Assembly (NCBI GenBank): GCA_965226885.1
Contig: CBDDEL010000017.1
Span: 32,001-96,000 of the forward strand
Direction: 5' to 3'
Length of the DNA: 64,000 nt
From: Opitutales bacterium
GTDB lineage: Bacteria; Verrucomicrobiota; Verrucomicrobiia; Opitutales; UBA2987
The stretch's first letter is position 1, and each line of letters starts with the position of its first letter. Shown here piece by piece: positions 19,757 through 29,154 of the stretch. The translations under genes were made by a program, and so were the position numbers. The notes under the pieces were generated by a model that ran no database searches, was not told where the DNA came from, and worked only from the letters and a program-made list of their open reading frames with translations.

Positions 19757-21586
19757 GAGGCTGTCCCAAAAATATAAAGATTTTATAGTCAACTGGATGA
19801 CGTTGATAAAAAGAGCCGGAAAGAGCAAGTTTTTGCTCGATCCGGCCAAAAAAGGGTTCTATAATTGAGTTAGCGAAAATCAATATAGCCCTTTCTATGA
19901 AAAATATAGCCATCCAATGCCTCCTGCGTCCAGCTTTAACTGTGGTCGACCGGTGCCTCGATTACGATAACTTCCGCGCCACCATTGATCGAATCGATCG
20001 GCTGCTGATCGACTCGGAGGTGGAATCGCAGGCCATTGAGCTGGCCTTGGAGGGGTGGCCGCCAATGGGTCTAAAGGCCCGGCGGCAGCGGGCCAGTTTT
20101 GCCATCAAGGCACTGCGCATGGATACGCTGGGCCGTCTGCTCGGAGGGATTTCGTTTCGGCATTTGTCGCGGGCTCTGGGCAGCAGCGATCTGTTGGCCG
20201 ACTTTTGCCGTGTCCGGCAGATCGATGGCATCAGGGGCATCTCCAAAAGCACCCTGGAGCGGGCCTCGAAGTTTTTCAGCGAAGAGCAGTTGAGGGCCTT
20301 GCACCGGACCTTGACTGAGGTGGTGGGCGATGCCCTTCTGGCCCGGCAGGTGGGATTGGACAAGCCGATTGACACCACCATTTGCCTGATCGACGGCACC
20401 TGTTTGGAGGCTAACATTCATTGGCCGACGGACTGGGTATTACTCAAGGATGTAGCCGGCACGTTGCTCAAAGCGATCCGGCTGATCCGCGAGAAGGCCG
20501 GTTTGCGCCATCGCATGCCGATCGAACCGGAGCCCTTGGCTCGGCAGATGAATCGGCTGTGCATACAGATGACCCACAGCCGGCGGCGAAAGGACAGCGC
20601 GCGGCAGCGCAAGGGTATCTTGAGGCAGATTCTTGAGGCAGATGAAAAAGCTGCTCAAACGGATCGGGGAGCATGCCCGCAGTCACCGGGAATTATTGCA
20701 AGCCTGCTGGGAGCAAAGCGATTACAGCGAAAAACAGGTCCAACAGATCCTCGCCCGGATGGAGCGCATGAGCGAGCAAATCCCGGTGGTCATCAAACAG
20801 GCGCACGAGCGGATCATTGGCGGCCGCCAGGTGAAAAACGCAGAGAAAGTCTTGAGTGTTTACGAACTCGATGTGCAGGTGATTGTGCGAGGTAAAGCGG
20901 GCCAAGAGGTCGAGTTCGGCAACACCCTGTTTTTGGGAGAAAGCGTTGAAGGGTACCTGCTGGACTGGAAACTCTACGGCAGCCGAACTCCAAGCGAAAA
21001 TGAACAAATGCTAGAGAGTTTGCAAAGACAGAACCGCTTCAACCTGGAAGAACCCATAGCGGCCATGTGCGCGGACCGGGGATTTGCCTCCCAGCGGGCC
21101 CGCCGGCAGTTAGCCCAGGAGGGAATCTACGACGCGCTCTGTCCACGCGATCCGAAGCAGTTGAAAAAACGGATGGAGGAACCACTGTTCAGACAATTGC
21201 AAAAGCGCCGGGCCAGCACCGAAGGGCGGATCGGGGTATTGAAGAATCGCTGGCAGGCCGGGCGGTTGCGCAGCAAAGGCTTTGCCAACCGCTCGATCAG
21301 CGTAGCCTGGTCGGTACTCTCGCACAACCTATGGAAAGTAGCCAAGATGCTGGCCCAGCAAGACGAACTAAAAACCAAAGCGGCGGCCTAGAGAGCGGAA
21401 AAGCAAGGACAATACTTTTTCACAGCCTTACTGTCGGCTCATACAAAGAAAACCAGGCAACCGGACCCCAAAACCAGTATCCTAACGTCATAGGAGAGCA
21501 AAGTTGATACTCTCCCAAATGCAAATACCTCTAAAATGAGCGCCTATCAAAAGCCCTCGCAAAAATCACCCTTTTGGGACAGCCTC
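19757..21586 (+). mobile_element. IS5/ISNCY-like insertion sequence (1830 bp)
   Basis: IRs GAGGCTGTCCCAAAA / TTTTGGGACAGCCTC; 6-bp direct repeat TAGATA at 19751-19756 and 21587-21592. Confidence 0.9.
19897..21391 (+). pseudogene. DDE transposase frameshifted by a 13-bp tandem duplication
   Basis: IDGTCLEANIHWPTD, GKAGQEVEFG, ADRGF, RRASTEGRIG; tcttgaggcagat duplicated at 20618-20643. Confidence 0.87.
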
Positions 21587-21653
21587 TAGATATAGGCAGA
21601 ATATACGCTGATAGAATTAAGTTTATTATTATTACTACCTATATTTTAATAAT

Positions 21654-23084
21654 TTAATCGTAGAGGGTTGTGGTGGTGGGGATGTTTTCTTTTATTAGGC
21701 CTGCTCGATTGGATATTTGGATGGCTCTTTGGCGGGCTTCCTGGAATAGTTTTGGTTCGTCGAGAGTGAGGATTTTGCCGTTTTTGTAGAGGGTTTTTCC
21801 GTCAACCCAGGTTTGGGCGATGGAGGCGGGGGAGGCGGACCAGACGAGGGCCTGGAGGGGGTCGAGGTAGGGCGTCCATTCGTAGTGGTTTAGGTCGAAT
21901 AGTATGAAGTCGGCTTTTTTGCCTTTTTCGAGGGAGCCGATTTGGTCGTCCCAGTTGAGGACGCGGGCGCCTTCGATGGTGGCCATGCGGAGGGCGCGGC
22001 GGGCGCCGACTTGAGTGGAGTCGATGCGGGCGTCTTTGAAGAGGCCGGCGACGACGAACATCTGGCGCATGAGGTTGAGGTTGCCGGAGGCGGAAACGCC
22101 GTCGGTGCCGAGGCCGACGCTGACGCCGGCATCCATCAATTCCGGGTATTTGCCGATTTTGGCGGCCCCTTTGCCCAATTTCAAGGAGGAGGAGGGGCAA
22201 AAAGCGATCTTGGTGCCGTGTTTGGCGAGGAGGGCGATTTCGTGGTCGGCCACGGCCAACCCGTGGGCGATGACGAGGTTGTCCCCCAGGCCGTTGTTTT
22301 TCTCGATGCGGGAAATGGGCCAGAGGTTATGCTTTTTTTGGCAGGCATGGGCCTCCTCGATGCTGGTGGCGAGGTGGTAGGTGGTGCCCACGCCGAGCTT
22401 TTCGGCCAAGGCCCGCGCGCCCACATGGAGGTCGAGGGTGCAGGGTTCCTTGCCTTCGATGTTGACCCAGCAGCGGATTCTGCCGTCGGCTGAATTATTC
22501 CATTGCTCGACGCAATCTCCGAGGGTCCGCAGGGCAGTTTCGGTATCGGGAAAAAAATGATGCTGCACCATCTCGTCGGACCAGCCGGGGGGAATTTTTT
22601 CGGGCGGATTGTCGGCCGCATGACGCCCGGTGATGCCCCGGATGCCCGTCTTCTGCATGGCCCGCACGGTGACCCCTGGATCGTTTTGCGCGCCCATGTC
22701 GAGCAGGCAGGTGGTGCCGCAGCGCAGCATTTCACCGACCCCGAGAAGGACGCTGACATATTCGTCCTCATCGGTCACGTGGGCGTAGAAGGGTTTGGCC
22801 CAATGAAATACCCAGGCTCGGGTGTTGAGGTTGTCGGGAAAAACCCCGCGCGAAAGCGTTTCCGAAAGGTGCACGTGGGTATCGACAAAACCGGGGCAGA
22901 GGCCCTTGCCGGAGCCGTCAATGATCTCATCGAAGGACTCGCGGCTGTGGCGGCCGAGGACATCATGAGCGGGGCCGATATCCTCGATGCGGTCGTTGTT
23001 GACGACCATTGCGGCGGGGGAAAAGACGGTGTCGCGGGCGTCCACGGTGAAGGCGAAGCTGAGGTTTTCGATTAAGGTGCGCAT
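21654..23084 (-). CDS. Amidohydrolase, TRZ/ATZ/MTA-deaminase-like
   Basis: PGFVDTHVH, IAHG, GLGTDG, MATIEGA, GSLEKGKKADF; start ATG 23084. Confidence 0.9.
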   Translation of the reverse strand: MRTLIENLSFAFTVDARDTVFSPAAMVVNNDRIEDIGPAHDVLGRHSRESFDEIIDGSGKGLCPGFVDTHVHLSETLSRGVFPDNLNTRAWVFHWAKPFYAHVTDEDEYVSVLLGVGEMLRCGTTCLLDMGAQNDPGVTVRAMQKTGIRGITGRHAADNPPEKIPPGWSDEMVQHHFFPDTETALRTLGDCVEQWNNSADGRIRCWVNIEGKEPCTLDLHVGARALAEKLGVGTTYHLATSIEEAHACQKKHNLWPISRIEKNNGLGDNLVIAHGLAVADHEIALLAKHGTKIAFCPSSSLKLGKGAAKIGKYPELMDAGVSVGLGTDGVSASGNLNLMRQMFVVAGLFKDARIDSTQVGARRALRMATIEGARVLNWDDQIGSLEKGKKADFILFDLNHYEWTPYLDPLQALVWSASPASIAQTWVDGKTLYKNGKILTLDEPKLFQEARQRAIQISNRAGLIKENIPTTTTLYD

Positions 23085-23115
23085 GGGGGGGGTTGGATGC
23101 TGGATTCTGGATGCT

Positions 23116-24234
23116 TTAAGAAATGGGTAGCAGCTGGTCGGTGTTGGCGTAGTTTGACAGGAGTTCGGAACCGGTTTCCGTGACGAGAACCATATCTTTG
23201 TTTTGGAGGCCGAAGCCGTGGCCGGTTTTATAGACGAGGGGCTCGATGCCCAGGACCATGCCCGCTTCGAGCGGGGTGTCGGCATATTTGCCCAGATAGG
23301 GCTCCTCGTGAAGGTGCAAACCGATGCCGTGCCCAACGAAAGATATCGGCGGGAGGTTAAGGGCGGAAAGTTTGGCGATAAAGTCCTCGTAAATGGCGCG
23401 GGTGCTTTGGCCCGGTTTGATCATTTCCAGGATGCGGTATTTGCACTCCACCAAATGTGCCCAGATGCGTTCGGCGTGTTGGGGCGGTTGGCCGACAACG
23501 GCGGTTCGGCAGACACCCGCATGGTAACCGCCGATGATGGAGAAAATTTCCACCCGGCAGATGTCGCCATTTTTTAGAATGCGTTGGGTCGGGCCCACGT
23601 TGGGAAAAACGCTGCGCTCCCCCGTGGCCACGATCATGAGCTTGAAATGCTCCGCTCCGGCGGTGTAAACCCCCCGGGTGAGAGCTGAGGCGATGTCCAT
23701 CTCCGTGCTACCCACGCCGACCGCCCGGTAGGCATCGGTAATGGATTGATCGGATATGCGAGAGAGGCGGCGCAGAAGATCGATTTCCTGGGGCGTTTTT
23801 ATTTGCCGGAGCCGGTTGTAGAGGCTCTCGGCGGGGGCGAATTTCGCATTGGGCAAGAGTTTGCTGAGTCGCGCAAAATCTCCCGCTGGGAGGTAATCCA
23901 TTTCGACGCCGAGGCGGCCCTTGGCCAGGCCGAGGTCGTTGAGGAGGGCGGCCAGTGTTTCCATGGGATCATCCGTAAATTCCCCCCATACGCGAATTTC
24001 AGCACCTTTTGCGGCCCGGTTTCGGACGGTGCTTTCCTCCATATCGACGACCACAAGGGCGGATTGTCCGTCAGCCTTAACGATGGCCAGGGCGTGCCGC
24101 CAGCGCAGGATGGGCTGGGAGGGAATCGTGAACCCGGTCGTGTAAGCGAAATTTTCCGGAGAAATGGCGATCAAGGCGTCAAAGCCCGCCTCGGTCATGG
24201 CCTTCATCTGACGCTGGACGATTAATTGATTCAT
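23116..24234 (-). CDS. M24 family (Xaa-Pro peptidase / creatinase / ectoine hydrolase-like) hydrolase
   Basis: ENFAYTTGF, RQIKTPQEI, GHGIGLHLHEEP, IEP; metal ligands partly substituted. Confidence 0.88.
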   Translation of the reverse strand: MNQLIVQRQMKAMTEAGFDALIAISPENFAYTTGFTIPSQPILRWRHALAIVKADGQSALVVVDMEESTVRNRAAKGAEIRVWGEFTDDPMETLAALLNDLGLAKGRLGVEMDYLPAGDFARLSKLLPNAKFAPAESLYNRLRQIKTPQEIDLLRRLSRISDQSITDAYRAVGVGSTEMDIASALTRGVYTAGAEHFKLMIVATGERSVFPNVGPTQRILKNGDICRVEIFSIIGGYHAGVCRTAVVGQPPQHAERIWAHLVECKYRILEMIKPGQSTRAIYEDFIAKLSALNLPPISFVGHGIGLHLHEEPYLGKYADTPLEAGMVLGIEPLVYKTGHGFGLQNKDMVLVTETGSELLSNYANTDQLLPIS

Positions 24235-24379
24235 AGTGGGTTCCCTTCCAGCCAAGGAAATTTTCGACTGTCTGACCAGAGTTAATTTTTTGTTTGTCTA
24301 GGATTGTCCCATCAGGTAACTACGACCCTCCCTTAGGCAAAACTCGAATAGTTAAACAGAAATTAATTTAATTCAAAAT

Positions 24380-25156
24380 ATGAGCATTGAAGGAAGAGTC
24401 GCCTTAGTAACCGGGGGAGGGCAGGGCATCGGGCGTGGAATTGCCGAGCGCCTGGCCAAAGACGGGGCCACCGTCGCCATTGCCGATTTGAACGGGGAAA
24501 CGGCCGCCGAGGCTGCTTCCGATATTGTAGCCAGCGGAGGCAAGGCGCTTGCCGTGGTTATGGATGTGGCCAAAGAATCGAGTGTCAACGAAGCAGTGGA
24601 AAAAGTTGTGGCCGAGGTTGGGCCGGTTTCGATTTTGGTCAACAATGCGGGGATTTTTCGCGACACCCCGGCCCTGGAGGTCTCTTTGGATGAGTGGAAT
24701 TTCAATCTCGCGGTTATGCTGACGGGGCCCCTGCTTTGCGCCAGAGCAGTCGGGCCAGGCATGATTGAGCAGCGTTGGGGGCGCATCATTAACATGGCTT
24801 CGCTGATGAGTTTCGTAGCTTATGGGCGCGATGTAGGTTATTGCACGACGAAGACGGGACTGCTGGGCTTGACCCGTTCCCTGGCGGCCGAACTGGCCAA
24901 ACACAATGTGCTGGTCAACGCCATTTGCCCCGGAAATATCATGACGCCCATGCTGGAGGAAACGGGGCGGCTGGTTGAACTGCGCGATGGCATGGAGCCG
25001 GGTCAGTTTATCCGGGAGCGGTCCAACGACATACCGTTGGGGCGGCTGGGGCAGCCCGAGGACATCGCCAAAATGGCCTCTTATCTTTGCAGTGAAGATG
25101 CCGACTACGTCACCGGCCAGTCCCTGCACTTAAACGGCGGTCTATATAACACCTGA
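24380..25156 (+). CDS. Short-chain dehydrogenase/reductase
   Basis: TGGGQGIG, NNAG, YCTTK, VNAICPG. Confidence 0.93.
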   Translation: MSIEGRVALVTGGGQGIGRGIAERLAKDGATVAIADLNGETAAEAASDIVASGGKALAVVMDVAKESSVNEAVEKVVAEVGPVSILVNNAGIFRDTPALEVSLDEWNFNLAVMLTGPLLCARAVGPGMIEQRWGRIINMASLMSFVAYGRDVGYCTTKTGLLGLTRSLAAELAKHNVLVNAICPGNIMTPMLEETGRLVELRDGMEPGQFIRERSNDIPLGRLGQPEDIAKMASYLCSEDADYVTGQSLHLNGGLYNT

Positions 25157-25246
25157 TTTATTTATTTTTGTTTTTTTCTAATAAATCAGAAACATGAACG
25201 TATATACAGTAGATCATCGCTCTTATATGCTAAAAATTTTTTAATT

Positions 25247-26281
25247 ATGCCAAAAAACAATCTCCAAAAATATAATCCCGATTTTCTGGTCCGGCTTTAC
25301 CGTGAAATGGTTCTTATCCGGCGTTTCGAGGAACGTGCCTCGGAGCTTCGCAATGCCGGGCATATTCCTGGTTTCCTGCATCCTTATATCGGACAGGAGG
25401 CGGTCGCGGTGGGGATTTGCGCGGTCCTGGGCGAAAATGATTTCATTGCCAGCACCCATCGCGGGCATGGGCATATTTTGGCGCAGGGCGGCGAGCCGAA
25501 ATACATGTATGCCGAACTTTATGCCCGGCAGGACGGTTATAACAGGGCCAAGGGGGGGTCTCTGCACCTCGCCAATATCGGGCTTGGTATCATCGGGGCC
25601 AACGGCATCGTGGGCGGTGGCCTACCGCTGGCGGTGGGCGCGGCCCTGGCCATCAAGCGGGCCAACGAGGCCGATTACCCCGGTTCGGAAAAATGCAAGG
25701 GAGGTGTCTCTGTGGTGTTTTTCGGTGACGGCGCCTCCAACGAGGGCTCTTTTCACGAATCCCTCAATCTGGCCGCTCTGTGGAAATTGCCGGTAATTTT
25801 TGTTTGCGAAAACAACCTTTACGGGGAGTTTACTTCGCAGGAAAAACATCAGACGATCAAAGATATTGCCTCGCGATCTTCCTCTTACAACATGCCGGGC
25901 CTCATCGCCGACGGCAATGATGTGCTCGATACTTTCCACGTCATGACGACAGCGGTTGACAATGCCCGAAAAGGGAAGGGGCCCACCTTGCTGGAGTGCA
26001 AGACCTACCGGCACCGAGGTCATTACGAGGGTGATATGGGCCGTTACCGGCCCGAGGAGGAAGTGGCATTCTGGATGGCCAAAGATCCCATTAACAATTT
26101 CGGCAAACGTCTCCTGGAGGAATCCGTAGCGACGGAAGAGAAGTTGAAAGAATTGGAAAGCGAAATCGGCAAACAACTGGATGAAGCGGCGGAATTTGCC
26201 GGCAACTCACCTCATCCCGATGCTGAGGAAGCGCTCGACCATGTATTTGTGGAAAGCTATAACGGGAGGGCCTTGTTATGA
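25247..26281 (+). CDS. ThDP-dependent 2-oxoacid/acetoin dehydrogenase E1 alpha
   Basis: GQEA, THRGHGH, GDGASNEG...N ThDP motif, TYRHRGH. Confidence 0.92.
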   Translation: MPKNNLQKYNPDFLVRLYREMVLIRRFEERASELRNAGHIPGFLHPYIGQEAVAVGICAVLGENDFIASTHRGHGHILAQGGEPKYMYAELYARQDGYNRAKGGSLHLANIGLGIIGANGIVGGGLPLAVGAALAIKRANEADYPGSEKCKGGVSVVFFGDGASNEGSFHESLNLAALWKLPVIFVCENNLYGEFTSQEKHQTIKDIASRSSSYNMPGLIADGNDVLDTFHVMTTAVDNARKGKGPTLLECKTYRHRGHYEGDMGRYRPEEEVAFWMAKDPINNFGKRLLEESVATEEKLKELESEIGKQLDEAAEFAGNSPHPDAEEALDHVFVESYNGRALL

Positions 26282-27270
26282 GCAAAACAAAGACCCGTAG
26301 AATCAGTTATTCGCAGGCCATCAACGAGGCGTTGAGTGAGGAAATGGAGCGCGACCCTTCGATCCTGATGCTGGGGGAGGATGTCGCTGAACCCGGAGGC
26401 GTTTTCGGCGTGACGAAAGGGCTTTACAAGAAGTTTGGGACTTCGCGAGTGCTCGACACGCCCATTTCCGAAGAGGCCATGGTCGGCGCGGCACTGGGCG
26501 CTTCGCTTCTGGGTGTTCCTACCATCACGGAAATCATGTTCAGCGACTTCGTCACACTGGCCATGGACCAGTTGGTCAACCAAGCGGCTAAATTTCATTA
26601 CATGACGGGCGGGCGCACCAGCGTACCCATGTTGATCCGCATGGTTACAGGCACCGCTGGGGCCGCTGCGGCCCAACATTCCCAAAGCCTGGAAGCCTGG
26701 TTTACCCATACACCGGGTCTCAAGGTGGTCACAGCTTCCACTCCTTATGAGGCCAAAGGTTTGCTCAAAAGCTCCATCCGCGACCCCGATCCGGTCCTGT
26801 TTTTTGAGCACAAGCTGCTCTACAATAGCAAGGGCAAAGTCCCGGAAGAGGAATACACCTTGCCGCTGGGAGAGGGAGCCGTCATGCGTGAGGGATGCGA
26901 TGTCACCGTTGTGACCTACCTCAACATGCTACCCAAAGTCCTCCAGGCAGCCAAAAAGCTCGACCGTGAAGGGATTTCGGTGGAGGTCTGGAATCCGCGC
27001 AGCCTGGTGCCGTTTGACCGCGAGGGCCTGGGGCGGGCGATATGCAAAACCGGCCGTCTCCTGATTGTCCATGAAGCGCCCCAGCGCAGTGGATTCGGGG
27101 CGGAAATCGCAGCCATCGCGGCGGAGGAATATTTCCAGCACCTGAAGGCGCCGGTTTGCCGGTTGGGCGGAGCCAACACCCCCATGCCCTATGCTCCGGA
27201 AATGGAAAACCGGGTCGTTCCCCAGGTGGAAGACATTATGGAGGCGGTGCGCAAAATTTTTAATAACTAA
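26278..27270 (+). CDS. ThDP-dependent dehydrogenase E1 beta
   Basis: LGEDV, DTPISE, QHSQSLE, FFEHKLLY; ATGA overlap with E1 alpha. Confidence 0.92.
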   Translation: MSKTKTRRISYSQAINEALSEEMERDPSILMLGEDVAEPGGVFGVTKGLYKKFGTSRVLDTPISEEAMVGAALGASLLGVPTITEIMFSDFVTLAMDQLVNQAAKFHYMTGGRTSVPMLIRMVTGTAGAAAAQHSQSLEAWFTHTPGLKVVTASTPYEAKGLLKSSIRDPDPVLFFEHKLLYNSKGKVPEEEYTLPLGEGAVMREGCDVTVVTYLNMLPKVLQAAKKLDREGISVEVWNPRSLVPFDREGLGRAICKTGRLLIVHEAPQRSGFGAEIAAIAAEEYFQHLKAPVCRLGGANTPMPYAPEMENRVVPQVEDIMEAVRKIFNN

Positions 27271-27299
27271 ATTTAAAAAACCGGGAGATTGATTCTATT

Positions 27300-27578
27300 A
27301 TGGCGGAGACGGTAAAATTACCCAAATGGGGCCTTACCATGGAGGAGGCCACCATTGTCGAATGGCTGGTGGAGGAGGATGAAAGTGTTGAAAAAGGGGA
27401 GATAATTGCCGAAGTGGAAGCCGAGAAAGCCAATATCGAGCTGCCCTCGCCCTGTTCCGGCGTGGTGGCTAAAATCCTGGTCGAGGACGGAGAGGTGGCC
27501 GCTGTCGGCGATCCCCTCATGATCATCGCCTCTTCCGCGGAGGAGGCCAGTGCCATTCGGGAAAAAGAGGATTCCTGA
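27300..27578 (+). CDS. Stand-alone lipoyl domain protein
   Basis: LPKWGLTMEEATIVEW...EVEAEKANIELPSP; 92 aa, no acyltransferase core. Confidence 0.88.
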   Translation: MAETVKLPKWGLTMEEATIVEWLVEEDESVEKGEIIAEVEAEKANIELPSPCSGVVAKILVEDGEVAAVGDPLMIIASSAEEASAIREKEDS

Positions 27579-27614
27579 GCGGAAAAAAAATGGGCCCAGG
27601 GCTTTTATTTTGTT

Positions 27615-29046
27615 ATGAAAATTTACCAAATTCCCGTCTGTGGGGGGAGTGAACGGGTCGTCACCGAGAGCTATTTTGATATAACGAATCCCGCCAATGG
27701 CGAGATCGTCTCCCGCATCCCGAAAATGACGGCCACCGATGTGGACCGGGCCGTTTCCGCCGCCACCGGGGCCATGGACGAAACCGATTGGGCCCATGAT
27801 GGCGTCCTGCGGGCCAAAGTCATGCTGCAATGGGCCGACCGGCTGGAGGGAAATATAAAGTCCATTGCCCGACAACTGACGCTGGAAAACGGAAAACTGA
27901 TCGGCGAGGCGACTTACGAAGTTAGCAGCCAGGTGGGAGTTATACGCTATAACGCCGGACTGGCCCGCACGGTGAGTGGGCGGTCCCACTCGCTCGTGCG
28001 CGATTCCTTTGCGGTGGTGGCGCGGGAACCGATAGGAGTGGTAGCCGTCATTTCGCCCTGGAACTGGCCCGTTACCCTGATGATCCGCGACCTTGCGCCG
28101 GCCCTGGCGGCCGGGAATGCCATTTTGGTCAAACCAGCCTCGCAACCGGCGGGAGTGAGCCTGGACGTTTTGCGTCTGCTAATTGAAGAGACGGATTTGC
28201 CTTCGGGCATTGTTCATGCCATTACTGGGTCCGGGCGGTCTGCCGGACAGGCTATGGTAGTGCATCCGGGGATCGACATGATCGCCTTTACGGGGGACAG
28301 CTCAACCGGCCGCAACATTATGCGGGACGCCTCGCCAACTTTGAAAAAAACGGCGCTCGAACTGGGTGGTAAATCGCCCATGGTGGTCTGTGCCGACGCT
28401 GGTGAGCGCGGTTTTCACAACCACTTCCGGGCAGATCTGCACGGCCCCGTCCCGACTGCTGGTGGAGCGCGCCATTGAGGATGAACTTTGCGGGCGGCTG
28501 AAAGAAGCGATATCAACCATCCGCGTAGGAGACGGCCTGGACCTGGCCTCCCAAATGGGCCCGCTGACCACCGGGGATCAATATAGAAAAGTTCTCAAAT
28601 TCATGGAAATGGGCCGTCAGGAATGCCGCTTGGTGGCGGGCGGGGAAACCTTGCAGGATGAAAGCTTGGCCAAAGGCAATTTTGTGGCCCCAGCCATTTT
28701 TACTGACGTGGCGGATGATTCACCCCTCAATCGGGAGGAAATATTCGGGCCCGTGCTGGTGATCAAGGCATTTGAGGGAGACGAAGAAGCCATTGCCCTG
28801 GCCAACGACACCGAATTCGGATTGGCTTCGGCCGTTTTTACGGAGAATGTGCACAGGGCCTGGCGCATCGCCCGCGCCATCAAAGCGGGAACCGTTTGGG
28901 TGAACACCTATAACCGGTTTTACCCGGAGGTCGAAGTGGGCGGCTACAAGCAGAGCGGTATCGGGCGTATGGCCGGTCTTGATGGGTTGCTCGAATTCAC
29001 CCAAACCAAGTTCATCAATTTCGACAGTATTGCGCCCCAGGGCTGA
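27615..29046 (+). pseudogene. Aldehyde dehydrogenase, frameshifted near 28391-28400
   Basis: PWNWP, FTGDS, LELGGKSP in one frame; GQIC, EEIFGP, GGYKQSG in another; the intervening DLDxA-type residues are absent. Confidence 0.88.
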
Positions 29047-29154
29047 CTTCGCCCCATGCGGGCATTGATTTTATCGTTGTCCGAACGGTTTTTGCCTGAT
29101 TGAGTAGGGGAACTGTTTTCGGCGTCAAGCGCCAGCAATGAAGATTTAGGTATC

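Noticed and set aside
23093..23115. GGATGCT-like heptamer echoes here and at ~5068-5130
   Set aside because: Only 2-3 degenerate units; too short to support a function
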